In this document: positions 12,581 to 24,579 of the stretch, in pieces | How positions within the stretch are numbered: the first letter of the stretch is position 1 | Layout of the letters: the number at the start of each line of letters is the position of its first letter | Source: Eledone cirrhosa | Lineage: Eukaryota | Assembly: GCA_964016885.1 (NCBI GenBank) | Contig: OZ024745.1 | Location: 44,764,001-44,828,000, forward strand | Reading direction: 5' to 3' | Length of the DNA stretch: 64,000 bases | The notes under the pieces: model-generated | What the model saw: the letters and a program-made list of their open reading frames with translations, nothing else | What the model was told of the DNA's origin: nothing | Databases searched by the model: none | Made by a program: the position numbers and the translations under genes

Positions 12581-13736
12581 CTCACACCCTGTTAACATCC
12601 TGATTGTGTTATTTACTGAATGTATTTTATCATGACACCAGCACTAACGAAGGTGTCAGGGTTTTGAAATAAGTGAAGCGTTGTCCCAGCCCTTGTTTAG
12701 CAATCTTTCTATGGCTGGATGCCGTTCCTATTGCCAACCACTTTACAGTATATACTGGGTATGTTTATTGTGTAGATCACCAACAGTAGGGAGGTTATCA
12801 CAATGTTAGCACAACTGAGGGATTCTCTCAACCCATTTAAAAGAAATTCACACAGTAGCAGATAGGGCTTCTTACTCTAACTAAACAGTGAACACAGCAC
12901 AGCCAAATAGTTAAGAGGTTTGCTTTATGTACTTCAGAAATGTTGCAGATTTCCCCTTCTATGTCTTCATTAAATCCCAACCAGCTGCTGTCACTTTCTC
13001 TGCACTTGGGTACAACATTCACTTTGACACCATAGTAAAAAATGATAACTTCATAGTGTAATAAACTTGCTCATATAGGACATCTCCTGTACTTACTGTA
13101 TTTGCTGGCTTATTGGATGCCCCTCTGGTTTTACAAGGACATTTTGAGAAATAAAGAATTTTAGTACATTTCTTCTTAAAATTTATTTAAAATTATTTCA
13201 TTGTTTTTTCATTGTACATCACTTTATTTGAATTAATTAATGAAGAAGAAGGGATTTATTAAATAATTAATTATTTCATTATTAAGATGACATTTGTAAT
13301 ATAATTCAACAAAGCGTTTTTATGTCAAATTAAGATGGAAGATTTTAATTTTAATAGTAATCCTTTAAAGTAGGTGGTTTTGTTTCATAAAGCAGAGGTG
13401 GTTTGGGGTAAGTAGACTGTTATTTAACAAAATAAAATTGATTTTCAAGAAAAACTTGATCATGGGATTTCTACAATGTTGACTTTAGAGCAGGTACAGT
13501 TTGATGGTCAACACTAATAAAGTTCAAAGATTTCCCAATTTGTTTTGTTTAGGATACATTAACATTTTCACAGTAATTCATTCAGCAATTATGATAAATG
13601 GGACTGAACACTACTTTTTCTATCGTAATATATCATATATAAAAGATATTTTGTTGTTTATGATTAATGGTGTACGTTATGTGCATATTATACTTAAATA
13701 AATGCAGTATATTTAGTATTTCTTATTAGAGTATTG

Positions 13737-14100
13737 AGGGCAACAAATTGGCAGACATTAAAATGTTGACTAGAATGATTTGGGGTATTCATTGCAGCTC
13801 TTTATGTTCTGAGTTCAATTCCCACCAAGGTTAACTTTGCCATTCAACCTTTTGAGGTTGATAAAAAATAAAATACCAGTCCAATACTGGGGTTCATTCT
13901 TCCTCTTTATCTCTTTCTGACTTCCTCTCTATCACTCTCTTTCCTCTTTATCCTATCACTCTCTTTCTTTCTCTGGAAGAAATTGGCTGTGTTCAGACCT
14001 GGAGAGGAGATTGGCTCTGCCTGGTTTTAAAAAATGCCTAAGAAAAGCTATGTCACTACAGTCCCCTACGACTCCACCAGGAGTTACAGGTCCATACACA
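13737..14100 (+). mobile_element. tRNA-derived SINE (GAGTTCAA...AACTTTGCC core) with alternative 3' tail
   Basis: Core matches the other SINE copies. The 3' part is homologous to the reverse complement of 29720-29860. Confidence 0.75.
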
Positions 14101-14204
14101 TATTGTAATATTATACTTTATTGTCTTGTATAGATTTTGAATAAAGTTCCATGTAATTACATTATGTTTTTTATTAATCATTCTTGTTAAGTTATTCTGA
14201 TCTA

Positions 14205-14362
14205 TTGCTTGTACAATCTGTTACATGGTTGGGTTGTCAGTGACTAAACTGGCAACCTCACCAAGCTTGATGGGGGAGAAGGGTGATTTTTGGACACCCT
14301 GCCGGGTGAAAAACAAAACTTATTGGGAGTGGAGGAACTCAGGAGAGTCAATGGCTATCCAA
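14205..14362 (+). mobile_element. Second copy of the RTE 5' UTR segment seen at 10315-10468
   Basis: Shared GTACAA..CATGGTTGGG..GACTAAACTGGCAACC..GGGTGA..GAGTCAATGGC.ATCCAA. Confidence 0.75.
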
Positions 14363-14879
14363 TAATTTGTAAGTATATATATATTTATTTAATTTATATA
14401 TTTGTATATATGTTTATATATTTGTGAGTGTTTTTGTGTATTTGTATATGATGTTATATATTTGTATATGTGTTTATATATTTAGTCACATGGGTAGGGA
14501 AGACACTACAGACATGGTTGGCATCTCCTTAAGAGGTTAAGACCTCTGAACAATAAAAATTTATCTTTCTCCTTTTTTTCTTCTAACCGTGGAGTATAGA
14601 ATACTGGGTTGGTGTCCAGTGCTGGATAGTTTACCTCAATTATAAGGTCTGAGGGCCCCTTTGAGTTGTTTAAGACACCCTTTAGAGATGGTGTCTCGAA
14701 AAAAAATACTGATGGTTGTGGCACCTCATCAGCTCTAAAAATATGTTAAACATTTCAGAAATTCTGTATGTAATAACTTCATATACACACATATAGATAC
14801 AGAAACTTATGCATGTGTACACATATAAGTCAAAACATATAAATACACACATGCAATAACATCCATACCGGCACACATA

Positions 14880-15110
14880 CAAACCTAAGGACTATACTTG
14901 CAACTTCCTAACTAGCCATGCCCTTTCAGGTTCTGTGAAGCCCAGCTTCTTAAGATTTATACTGAGGCAGTTAGTTACATATTCCAAAACTCCAATTATC
15001 AGAGGTACAAATCTAAAAGTATAGTCAGGGTGGAGTATCTACAGATTCCTCATTAGTTCAGCATAACTGTTCTCCTTTTCTCTAATCTTTAACATTATAT
15101 TAACATGTCT
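14880..15110 (-). mobile_element. R4/Dong-like (restriction-like endonuclease) non-LTR element, ORF C-terminal fragment
   Basis: Minus strand EKENSYAELMRNL*ILHPDYTFRFVPLIIG..NCLSINLKKLGF; homologous to 27033-27168. Confidence 0.65.
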
Positions 15111-15119
15111 GTCTGTATG

Positions 15120-15171
<52 letters not shown>

Positions 15172-15300
15172 AAGGTTATATTTAATTTGTTGGAATTCAA
15201 CAAACTTAAAAGTTTTATAACTGATATAAAGCACTCAACAAATGGTGGAATAAATATTCATTATATTAATAAATGGAAACTATATTTATAAAACCATAAT

Positions 15301-15356
15301 TATTTTATTATATATATTTCAAGGGCACTTTTGGTGCGCTTTCATCAGATAAAATA
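15301..15356 (-). ncRNA. Minimal type I hammerhead ribozyme (Penelope-like-element style)
   Basis: Stem I UAUUUUAU/AUAAAAUA (8 bp), CUGAUGA, stem II AAG-C-GCAC/GUGC-C-CUU, GAAA, palindromic stem III (AUAUAUAU), cleavage triplet AUA. Confidence 0.8.
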
Positions 15357-15431
15357 CAAAATTTGTTTTATAAATGTTGACATCTAGGACAGAACAAAGG
15401 AGAGGCACAAAAACAAAGAAAAGAATCCCCA

Positions 15432-15474
15432 GTCACTGAAGAGGTCACAGAATGTGTGACGAAAGAACTTTGAC
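15432..15474 (+). ncRNA. Degenerate type I hammerhead
   Basis: Stem I GUCA/UGAC, CUGAAGA, stem II GUCACA/UGUGAC with an extra G, GAAA, very short stem III, poor triplet CUU. Confidence 0.5.
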
Positions 15475-15684
15475 AATATATGAACAATCGTCTGGTTGTG
15501 GAACCAACCAACCGGAAATTTATAAATTCTTAAATTTATAAATTTAATTTATAATAAATTGAAGTGAAAGCATCTGGTGCGTGTGTTTCTTATTGGCAAC
15601 ATGACCCTCCCAAAGTATAACAATATATATATATATATATTTATATACATACATGTGCATTAAGTATTTTAGTAATAATCTGCA

Positions 15685-16106
15685 TTTGTGCGTGCGTGTG
15701 TGTCTATGAGTGTGTGTCGCATCTGTGAGTGTGTTTGTCAGAATGTGTGTATGTGTGTGTATGTGCGTGTGTGTCTGTGAGCGTGTGACTATGTGTGTGT
15801 GTGAGTGTGTGTGTGTGTTTGTGTGTATGTATGTGTGTGTGATTGTGTGTATGTATGTGTGTGTGACTATGTGAGTGTGTATCGTGTCTGTGAGTGTGTG
15901 TGAGCGTGTGACTATGTGAGTGTGTGTGTGCCGTGTCTGTAAGCGTGTGGCTATGTGAGTGTATGTGTGTGTGACTATGTCGTGTCTGTGAGTGTGTGTG
16001 AGCGTGTGACTATGTGAGTGTGTGTGTGCCGTGTCTGTGAGCGCGTGACTGTGTATGTGTGTGTGTGTGTATGTGTGCGCCGTGTCTGTGAGAGTGTGAC
16101 TATGTA

Positions 16107-16169
<63 letters not shown>

Positions 16170-16380
16170 CGTGTCTGTGAGCGTGTGACTATGTATATGC
16201 ATGTGTGTGTGTGTGTGTGTGTGTGCGTGTGCGTGTGCGCCGTGTCTGTGAGCGTGTGACTATGTGTATGCATGTGTGTATGTGTGTGTGTAAGCGTGTG
16301 ACTATGTGAGTGTGTGTGTCGTGTCTGTGAGTGTGTGTCAGCGTGTGACTATGTGAGTGTGTGTGTGTGTGTGTGTGTGT
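15685..16380. repeat. Degenerate (GT)n with recurring sub-unit GTGTCTGTGAGCGTGTGACTAT
   Basis: Visible directly. Confidence 0.9.
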
Positions 16381-16596
16381 TAAATTGAGATACAGAAAGC
16401 GGAGAGCATCAAAAGAAATGATAGAAGAGAAAGAGACGGCGGCGTCGGGAGGATTAAACGCTATGAAGGTGAATTGTTGTTTTGAGAGAGGTTAAGTGAA
16501 AGTTGGTTTGTCAATGTTGAGAAGAATAGATGTATAATCCGTATAGAAATAACTTAACAAAGATATTAAGGCTGGTAATAAGCTGTAGCCATAGGC

Positions 16597-16632
16597 AAAC
16601 ACACACACACACATGCACAAACACAGACGCAC

Positions 16633-16708
<76 letters not shown>

Positions 16709-17140
16709 ACACACACACACACGCACACAAACACACATGCACACACATACACACATACACATACACACATACATATACAAACACATATACACACATACAA
16801 ACACACATGCACAAACACACATGCACACATACACAAACACACATGCACACACATACACAGATACACACCCACACCCATACACAAACACACACACACATGC
16901 ACACACGCGCACACATACACAAACACACATGCACATACATACCCACACACACACATACACACACACATACACACACATACACATACACACATACACAAAC
17001 ACATATGCATACACACACACACACACACGCATACACATACACGCACACACATACACAAACTCACACGTGCACGCACATACACACACGTGCACACACACAT
17101 GCACACACGTGCACTCACCCATGCGCACACGCATACAATG
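16597..17140. repeat. Degenerate (CA)n
   Basis: Visible directly. Confidence 0.9.
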
Positions 17141-17285
17141 CATTATTTAAGACACATATGTATAGAGACAGATATTAAACATATTTTTCTCCTTTCAGGA
17201 GAAGCTGACATGAATAAGACGACGACGATGATGATGATGATGATGATGATGATGGTGATGATGATATATATATGTATATATAACA

Positions 17286-17376
17286 GAGGTCCGACGAGCC
17301 TTTGATTCCAGAGTCGGGCTAGATCAATACAGATCGAACCTTGAGCTGATCAATAGCGAAACGCGCGTCACTACTC
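17286..17376 (+). ncRNA. Variant type I hammerhead-like motif, copy A (CCGACGA core, long stem II)
   Basis: GAGGU-CCGACGA-GC[~56 nt]GC-GAAAC-GCGC-GUC-ACUACUC, followed immediately by AAUAAA. Stem I is bulged. Confidence 0.6.
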
Positions 17377-17430
17377 AATAAACGTAATGAAAACATAACA
17401 TATTGTCCTTTTTATTATTACTACACTCTG

Positions 17431-17612
17431 TGGTGGATTGGCAGTATCGGTAGAGGGTCGGACGCCATGCTTTCCAGCATAGTTACGTCCCTTTACGATC
17501 TGAGTTCAAATCCCGCCGAGGTTAACTTTGCCTTTCATCCTTACGGGGTCGATAAAATAAAGTACCAGTAATACACTGGTTTATTGCTGGCCTTGTGCCT
17601 AACGTAGAAACA
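17431..17612 (+). mobile_element. tRNA-derived SINE, near full length, 17-bp TSD (1 mismatch)
   Basis: A-box-like TGGCAGTATCGG and B-box GAGTTCAAATCC. Flanks ATTATTACTACACTCTG (17414-17430) and ATTATTTCTACACTCTG (17613-17629). Confidence 0.9.
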
Positions 17613-17743
17613 ATTATTTCTACACTCTGCTTTATTCTACACCTCTATACCTACTGGAAACTTTGCACTGAGTGCTCACTGTGGTGAACCTACAGTAACT
17701 GGACCTTACATTCCCATATATATATATATGTATATATATATAT

Positions 17744-17776
<33 letters not shown>

Positions 17777-18143
17777 TTCGTTTATATATATCATCATCAT
17801 CATCATCATCATCTTCGTTTAACGTTCATTTTCCACGCTAGCATGGGTTAGACGGGAGTTGTCCCACTTGAGGCAAGGCTGGTCGGATGACCGTGTCTCG
17901 CTCATATAGGACTATCTGGCAGGTTTTCTACGGGTGGATGCCCTTTCTAACACCAACCACATTTACAGTGTGGAACTGGGAACTTTTTACCGTGTTACCT
18001 ACACGGCACATTACAGCGTGGACTGTGTGTGTTTTTTGTCGTGACACCTACACGATCTCGATCTTATTTTCTCGTGCTGTTGGTGGGAGTGGGAGGATAG
18101 GGTAGGGGTAGTGGATTGGGGTGTATATTTGGTTAAGAGGTGC

Positions 18144-21100
18144 CTACCGACTGTAGGTTTCGCTTTGTACATAGGCAAGGCGGGTCTTCTGTATTACTGC
18201 GTAGCGCCAAAGATCTCGGTCCAGAGACATTGTCTTAGAGAGATGTAAGTGTGTGAGGTCGGAATTTATCAGATCATCCCAGGTTTTTCTGGGTCTACCT
18301 ACTCCGTAACTTCCATCAATTTTGGTCGCCCTGCACTTTTTTATGCAGCTGTCGACTTTCATGCGCATCACGTGACCATACCAACGTAGTCTTCTCTCAA
18401 GTAAATAGCATCTGATCCTCTTATTCCTAATTTCTCACTTAGTTCATTTATGCTTTGCCGTTCACGTATATTACTGTTACACATCCAACGGAACATGCAT
18501 GCTTCGTTTCTTTCCAGTCTACGCAGGTCCTCTGCACGTAATGCCCATGTCTCACTGCCATGTAGCATTGCTGTTATACAGGCATCATACAATCTGCCTT
18601 TCATTTTTAGAGCGAAACCTTTTGTGGCCAACAGCGGTATAAGCTCTCTGAACTTTTTCCATGCCGTTCTGACTCTGGCTACTGTACTTTCAGAACACCC
18701 TCCACCACTGCTGATTTCGTCACCCAGGTAACGAAAAATGTCTACTATTTCTATAGAACCATCTGAGCAATATAAGGAGCTAGTATCCTTTGAACACTTG
18801 CTACTTATTGCACTTGAGCATTGGCCACATATAAAGTCTACGTTCTTAGATAGTTTACCTGTGATCCCACTACATCTTTTATGTACCCATACTTTGCATT
18901 TGGGACATAAAATGGAATTTCTGCCTACTCCTTTCCTACACACTGAGCATGGCCATTTCCCTGAGGGCACCTGTGCCCTATTTTCCTTTCTACAAACTAG
19001 AACTTTAGTCTTAGACAAGTTAACTTTAAGGCCTTTTGATTCTAGGCCTTTTGATTCTAGGCCATGCTTCCATGTTTCGAATTTCTTCTCTAGTTCAGCC
19101 ATTGATTCAGCTATGAGCGTTATATCATCTACGTATAGGAGTTCCCATGGGCAGCCGGTCTTGAACTCCTCTGTTATAGCCTGAAGGGCAATAATAAATA
19201 AGAGGGGGCCAAGGACAGAGCCTTGATGAACGCCAACTTTTACACTAAATTCTTCACAATATTCATTGTTAATTCTAACCTTACTGACTGTTTCATTATA
19301 CATAGCTTGTATAGCTCTCACAAGCCATTCATCTACACCTAGTTTTCTAAGAGCCCACCAGATAATGGAGCGGGGGACTCTGTCAAAGGCTTTCTCCAGG
19401 TCTACAAAAGCTAAGTAGAGGGGGTTTACTTTTAGCTAGGTACTCTCTTGTAGTTGTCGTACAAGGAAAAGAGCGTCTGTGGTACTGTTACCTGACACAA
19501 ACCCAAACTGCATTTCATCTAGATCAATTCGTTCTCTGATTAGTTGCGCTATAATTCTTTCTGTGACCTTCATGACTTGGTCAACTAACTTAATGCCTCT
19601 ATAGTTTCCCCTATCTAGAGCATCCCCTTTACCCTTGTAGCAGTTAATGATAATTGTTTCTATCTTTGGCACAAGGCCAGCAACTATCCCAGTGCATTAC
19701 TGGTACTTTATTTTATCGACCCCGTAAGGATGAAAGGCAAAGTTAACCTCGGCGAGATTTGAACTCAGACCATAAAGGGCCGTAACTCTTTGCTGCAAAG
19801 CATGGCGTCCGACCCTCTACCGATACTGCCAATCCACCGCCCTAGCAGTTAATGATAATGTTGCTACGCCAGTCTTTCGGTATGACCCCATTCTGTATTA
19901 CTTGGTTAACTATACGGGTGATCATAGTGTGTCCCACCATACCAGATGCCTTCAACATCTCAGCAACTATCTCCGAAGGCCCAGTTGCCTTGCCTGTCTT
20001 CATATCTTTGATTGCCTTACTTATTATACTACCTTTAACTTGCACCGCTGGTCCTTCTATTGGATCGATTTGGAGCATACTATCTTTTTCCCATTTATTC
20101 TCCTCATTTAATAGACTCTCGTAGTGACACTTCCAGGCTATCTTCTTATCAGTATCAGTGAACGCAAGTACACCATTATCATTACGGACACACTTCTCCC
20201 CGACAATATCACGGTTTTCCTTGACACATTGTCTAGCAATCCTGAACACCTCACGTTTTTGGTCCTCACGTTGTAGAACATGCTTGAACTTTCTATCCTC
20301 TGCTACCCTTTTTGCAAGGTACACTTGTTTCCTAGCTTTTCTCCTGGCCACTTGATAGTGCTCTCTACTTCCCCCATCCTGCCATACTTTCCAAGCCTGC
20401 TTTTTGGCCTTGATTGTCTCTTCCGCCTTACTGTTCCACCACCAAGTTACTCTCCTCCTGCCAATAGGTCTGCTCCAGCCACAGATTTCATCCGTTGCTT
20501 TCAGCAGATTCACTTTCAAGAATTGCCACTGTTCCTCTATATTGCACGTCTCTAATTGCTCTTCTTTATTGTCAAAGGCATCAAGTAATAAGCTTTTAAA
20601 TTTGTCACTGGCTATGGGGTCCTTCAACTTCCATATTCTTCTCCTCAAGGTAGGCCTCCTCTGTCGTCGAGTACGTCTATTCCTGACTATGAGGTCACTA
20701 ACTACTAGGCTATGTTGGGAGGTGCATTCTTCACGGGGGAGGGATTTAGTGTTTACAACAGACATTTTGTCCCGTCTTCTAGTAAGGATATAATCTATCT
20801 GGCTGGCGTGTTCCCCTGATTTATAGGTGATCAAGTGGTTTTCACGTTTTTTGAAGTTTGTGTTACAAATTGTTAGGCTATTTGCGTCACAGAATTCCAG
20901 GATTCTGAAGCCCTCCTCATTTCTATTTCCAACCCCATAGCCTCCATGTTGTCCAACGTGACCGTTTAGATCGCCAGCAATAATTAAGTAGTCACTGTCG
21001 GTTATTTGGGAGGTAGTGTGCATTAGCATCTCATAGAACTTGTCGTTTATAACACCAGGTAGACCAGATTGGGGTGCATAAGCAGATATTATTGTCACAG

Positions 21101-21400
21101 TAGTTCTATTTAGAACCAGTCTTAATTCAATTATTCTGTCATTTACTCTATTTACGTCAATTACCTTATCTACCCATTTTTCAGCTAACATAATTCCTAC
21201 ACCACCCTGTCCGTTGTCATTTCCCACCCAGAAAGGTTTATAGCATCGTTATTTACCCACGATGAATCTGGCAGACCCACCTCTCCACTTAGTCTCTTGA
21301 ATACAACAAACATCAACTTCTTTACGTTCAAGCATCTCTACAACCTCATTTGAGCGACCTTTCAATGTGCCTATATTCATGGTACCAACTCTGAAGTTGG
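18144..21400 (-). pseudogene. Disrupted RTE ORF (EN-RT with internal PHD-type finger)
   Basis: ORF-track pieces 19842-21227, 19436-19672, 18368-19321 and 18144-18371 are collinear parts of one ORF. Confidence 0.9.
19655..19842 (-). mobile_element. Full-length tRNA-derived SINE inserted in the RTE ORF, perfect 17-bp TSD
   Basis: TAGCAGTTAATGATAAT at 19638-19654 and 19843-19859. SINE 5' end is GGGCGGTGGATTGG. Confidence 0.95.
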
Positions 21401-22189
21401 GAGGGTGGGATGGATGGGTTGGAGGGGCAGGGAGGGGGTGTGGGAGACGGGATTTTGTTGGTCATCTGTGTCTGAAATAAAGAGGGGGTCCTTGTATTCT
21501 CGTCTTGCAGCGGGAGGTGAATTTATCTTTATCTGTGACATTGTTATTGAGTGCTTAGACTTTTCAAATTTCCGCAGTCAACCCATCAAACAGGTCTAAA
21601 CTTAAGGAGTAGTAACCGGGGTGGTAGCTTTGCTATACTGATTTGTTAGAGAACTTGGACCATATAGAAATGGGTGACTTTAGGAGAAGTTTAGTTTTTA
21701 GGAAGGGTCCAACAGATTGAGACATATTAAAAACATGTAAAATAATAATTTAAAATCAGAGAGGAAAACGGAGAATTTGAATTTTAGAGTGGTATAAATA
21801 CGAGTTTAAAACACTGCTTAATTGAGGAGACTACGGAATAAAGAAAAGATAGGTTTTGCTTACATTCTCAAAATCGACAGATCGCCCGTAAGATAGTTTG
21901 ATAGATAAATTCTGTCGTTGGGAGCCAGCAAGATTTATTTTATACTTGCGGGGGGGGGGGGGGGGGTATGGGAGAAGGAGCAAAGTGTTTACAAAGTTTG
22001 CGAGCGAGATGCAGGAAGGTTCTAGAATGCTTATTTAATAACAATACTAGAAGGTTAGTTTTTAGGAAGGGTCCAACGGAAAGAGACATATTATTAAAAA
22101 TATATAAAATATTAATTGAAGATCCGAGAGGAAAACGGAACATTTGACTTCTAGACTGATATAAATAGGAGTTTAAAACACAGACGACT

Positions 22190-22497
<308 letters not shown>

Positions 22498-22498
<1 letters not shown>

Positions 22499-22843
22499 CA
22501 TCATCATCATCATCATCACCGTTTTACGTCCGTTCTTCCACGATAGCATGGGTTAGACGGGTTGTCCTGTTGTGGGCAGTGTCTGATCGGCTGACCTTGT
22601 CTTGCTCATACGGGAACTGATTCTGGCTTTATTTCTATAGCTGAATGCCCTTCCTAACATCAACCTCATTTACAGTGTGGGCTGGGTGCTTTTTTGCCGT
22701 GGCACCTCCACGACCACTTTGCAGTGGAAGGGTGTGGGGCATATTGTCTATTATATGCTTCAGCTTCGGCTTGTACCCATAGGGGGTCGGGTACTCTGTA
22801 TTACTGCGTGACGCCAGAGGTCACGGTCGTGTGTCATCGCCTT
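22498..22843 (-). mobile_element. 5'-truncated RTE 3' end (second subfamily)
   Basis: (CAT)n tail on plus strand, GATGCCCTTCCTAAC-like motif and ORF end MTHDRDLWRHAVIQ; similar to 23727-24113. Confidence 0.8.
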
Positions 22844-22870
22844 TATACATGTATATATATATATATACAT

Positions 22871-23052
22871 GTGGATTGGCAGTATCGGTAGAGGGTCGGA
22901 CGCTATGCTTTGACGCATAGAGTTACGGCCCTTTCCATTCTGAGTTCAAATCCTGCCGAGGTTAACTTTGCCTTTCATCCTTACGAGGTTGATAAAATAA
23001 AGTACCAGTAATACACTGGGATAATTGCTGGCCTTGTGCCAAAAGTAGAAAC

Positions 23053-23058
<6 letters not shown>
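22871..23058 (+). mobile_element. tRNA-derived SINE
   Basis: Near-identical to 17431-17612. Confidence 0.9.
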
Positions 23059-23098
<40 letters not shown>

Positions 23099-23167
23099 CA
23101 TACATATACATACATATAGTTTTATGACTCTATATATTGTTATTTCTATACATCGGTACCTCCTCAT

Positions 23168-23500
23168 AACGGTGCCATCCAGTTCCACACTGTAAATGTG
23201 GTTGGTGTTAGGAAGGGCATCCAGCTGTAAAATACCCGGCCACATTTACTGTCCTCATCGGAGAAAGGTACAGCGTGGTCAATTCTGGCCAGATTTGTCT
23301 CCCAACGTGCAAGCATGGAAAAACGGACGCTAAACGGTGATGATAATGATGATGATGATATGGCTGGAGAGAAATGAGGCAAGCATACTCCGTTGGATGT
23401 CTACGAGCGATACGACCAATCTTGCCTCAAGTGGGACAATTCCCGTCTAAACCCATACTAGCGTGGAAGATCGATGTTAAATGATGATGATGATGATGAT
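23168..23500 (+). mobile_element. Two adjacent RTE 3' tail fragments, each ending in (GAT)n
   Basis: GGTTGGTGTTAGGAAGGGCATCCAGC...CTAAACGGTGATG, then CCCGTCTAA...GTTAAATGATGATG. Confidence 0.7.
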
Positions 23501-23589
23501 ATATATATGTATATACATACACACACAAATAAAAAAAGGAATGGTCGTCTTTCTAATTGCTAATACTATCTATCAGTCGCAATTCCAGG

Positions 23590-23712
23590 TAGAAGGAGCA
23601 ACGTGAAATAAAGTGTCTTGCTCAAGGACAAAACGCATCGCCTGGTCTGGAACTGAACTCACAACCTCACGATTGCGAATCCAATTCTCTAACCACTCAG
23701 CCACACGCCTTC
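23590..23712 (-). mobile_element. 5' part of a second tRNA-derived SINE family
   Basis: Minus strand GGCGTGTGGCTGAGTGGTTAG...GAGTTCAGTTCC...CCTTGAGCAAGACACTT; homologous to 26395-26520. Confidence 0.75.
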
Positions 23713-23726
23713 ACTACACACATATA

Positions 23727-24113
23727 TCATCATCATCATCATCATCATCACCATTTTACGTCCGTGCTTCTACGCTAGCATGGGTTGTCCTGTTGTGGGC
23801 AGTGTCCGGTCAGCTGACCTTGTCTTGCTCATACGTGAACTGATTCTAGCTTGATTTCTATAGCTGGATGCCCTTCCTAACACCAACCTCATTTACAGTG
23901 AGTGCTGGGTGCTTTTTTTTCATGGCGCCTACACGTTCACTTTACAGTGTGGGCTGGGTGCTTTTTTGCCGTGGCACCTCCATGACCACTTTGCAGTGGG
24001 AAGGTGTGGGGGCATATTGTCTATATGCTTCAGCTTCATCTTGTACCCGTGGGGGGTCGGGTCTTCTGTATTACTGCGTGACGCCAGAGGTCACGGTTGT
24101 GTGTCATCACCTT
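23727..24113 (-). mobile_element. 5'-truncated RTE 3' end (second subfamily)
   Basis: Homologous to 22498-22843, with an internal duplication of TTTACAGTG..GCTGGGTGCTTTTTT. Confidence 0.8.
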
Positions 24114-24535
24114 TGAGGGGTGTAATTGGGTAACGTCGGCTTTTATCACCTTATCCATATATATATATATTTATATATATGTGTGTGTATGCATGTATGA
24201 TAAATCCAAGATTGCAGAAGGAATTTAGGACATTATTATTTATCTTCCAGGTGTTTCAATAAATGAAATGTGAAGAATACAGCTAAACAAATGTTCCAGT
24301 ACATAGAAGTAAATCCAGATCCTAAGATCTAAGTATAAAACAAGAGATTTACCAATACATATTTTCTACATCTCATTTGTATGTATACATATATGTATGC
24401 ATATATATATACACATATGTTAAATGATGATGATGATGATGGTGATATGTATAGATATATGTATAGATATATATATACTATATATATATATATACGGATT
24501 GGACACTACCGTAAACTTTTGGTAGATTTATCTAC

Positions 24536-24579
<44 letters not shown>

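Larger units (their letters stand above)
17745..21935 (-). mobile_element. Near full-length RTE-clade LINE (APE endonuclease + RT), (GAT)n tail, inactivated
   Basis: EN: NIGTL, CIQETKW, SAYAPQ, AGDLNGHVG, SQIDYIL. RT: KGKGD..NYRGIKL, QFGF, GVHQGSVLGP, YVDD, FRYLG. Contains stops, frameshifts and a SINE insertion. 5' boundary is approximate. Confidence 0.93.

Noticed and set aside
12640-12676. Hammerhead-like CTAACGA...GAAA
   Set aside because: G5 is missing, stem II is weak and there is no proper stem III/NUH.
16492-17305. Cys/Val-rich and His/Thr-rich ORFs (similarly the YI-repeat ORFs at 21940-22620)
   Set aside because: Dinucleotide microsatellite translations.
17431-17520. tRNA gene
   Set aside because: A/B-box-like motifs are the SINE head. 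There is no cloverleaf, and the unit has a SINE body and TSD.
18450-20793. Plus-strand ORFs overlapping the RTE (also 41432-42942)
   Set aside because: Antisense shadows of the LINE ORF with no recognisable motifs.
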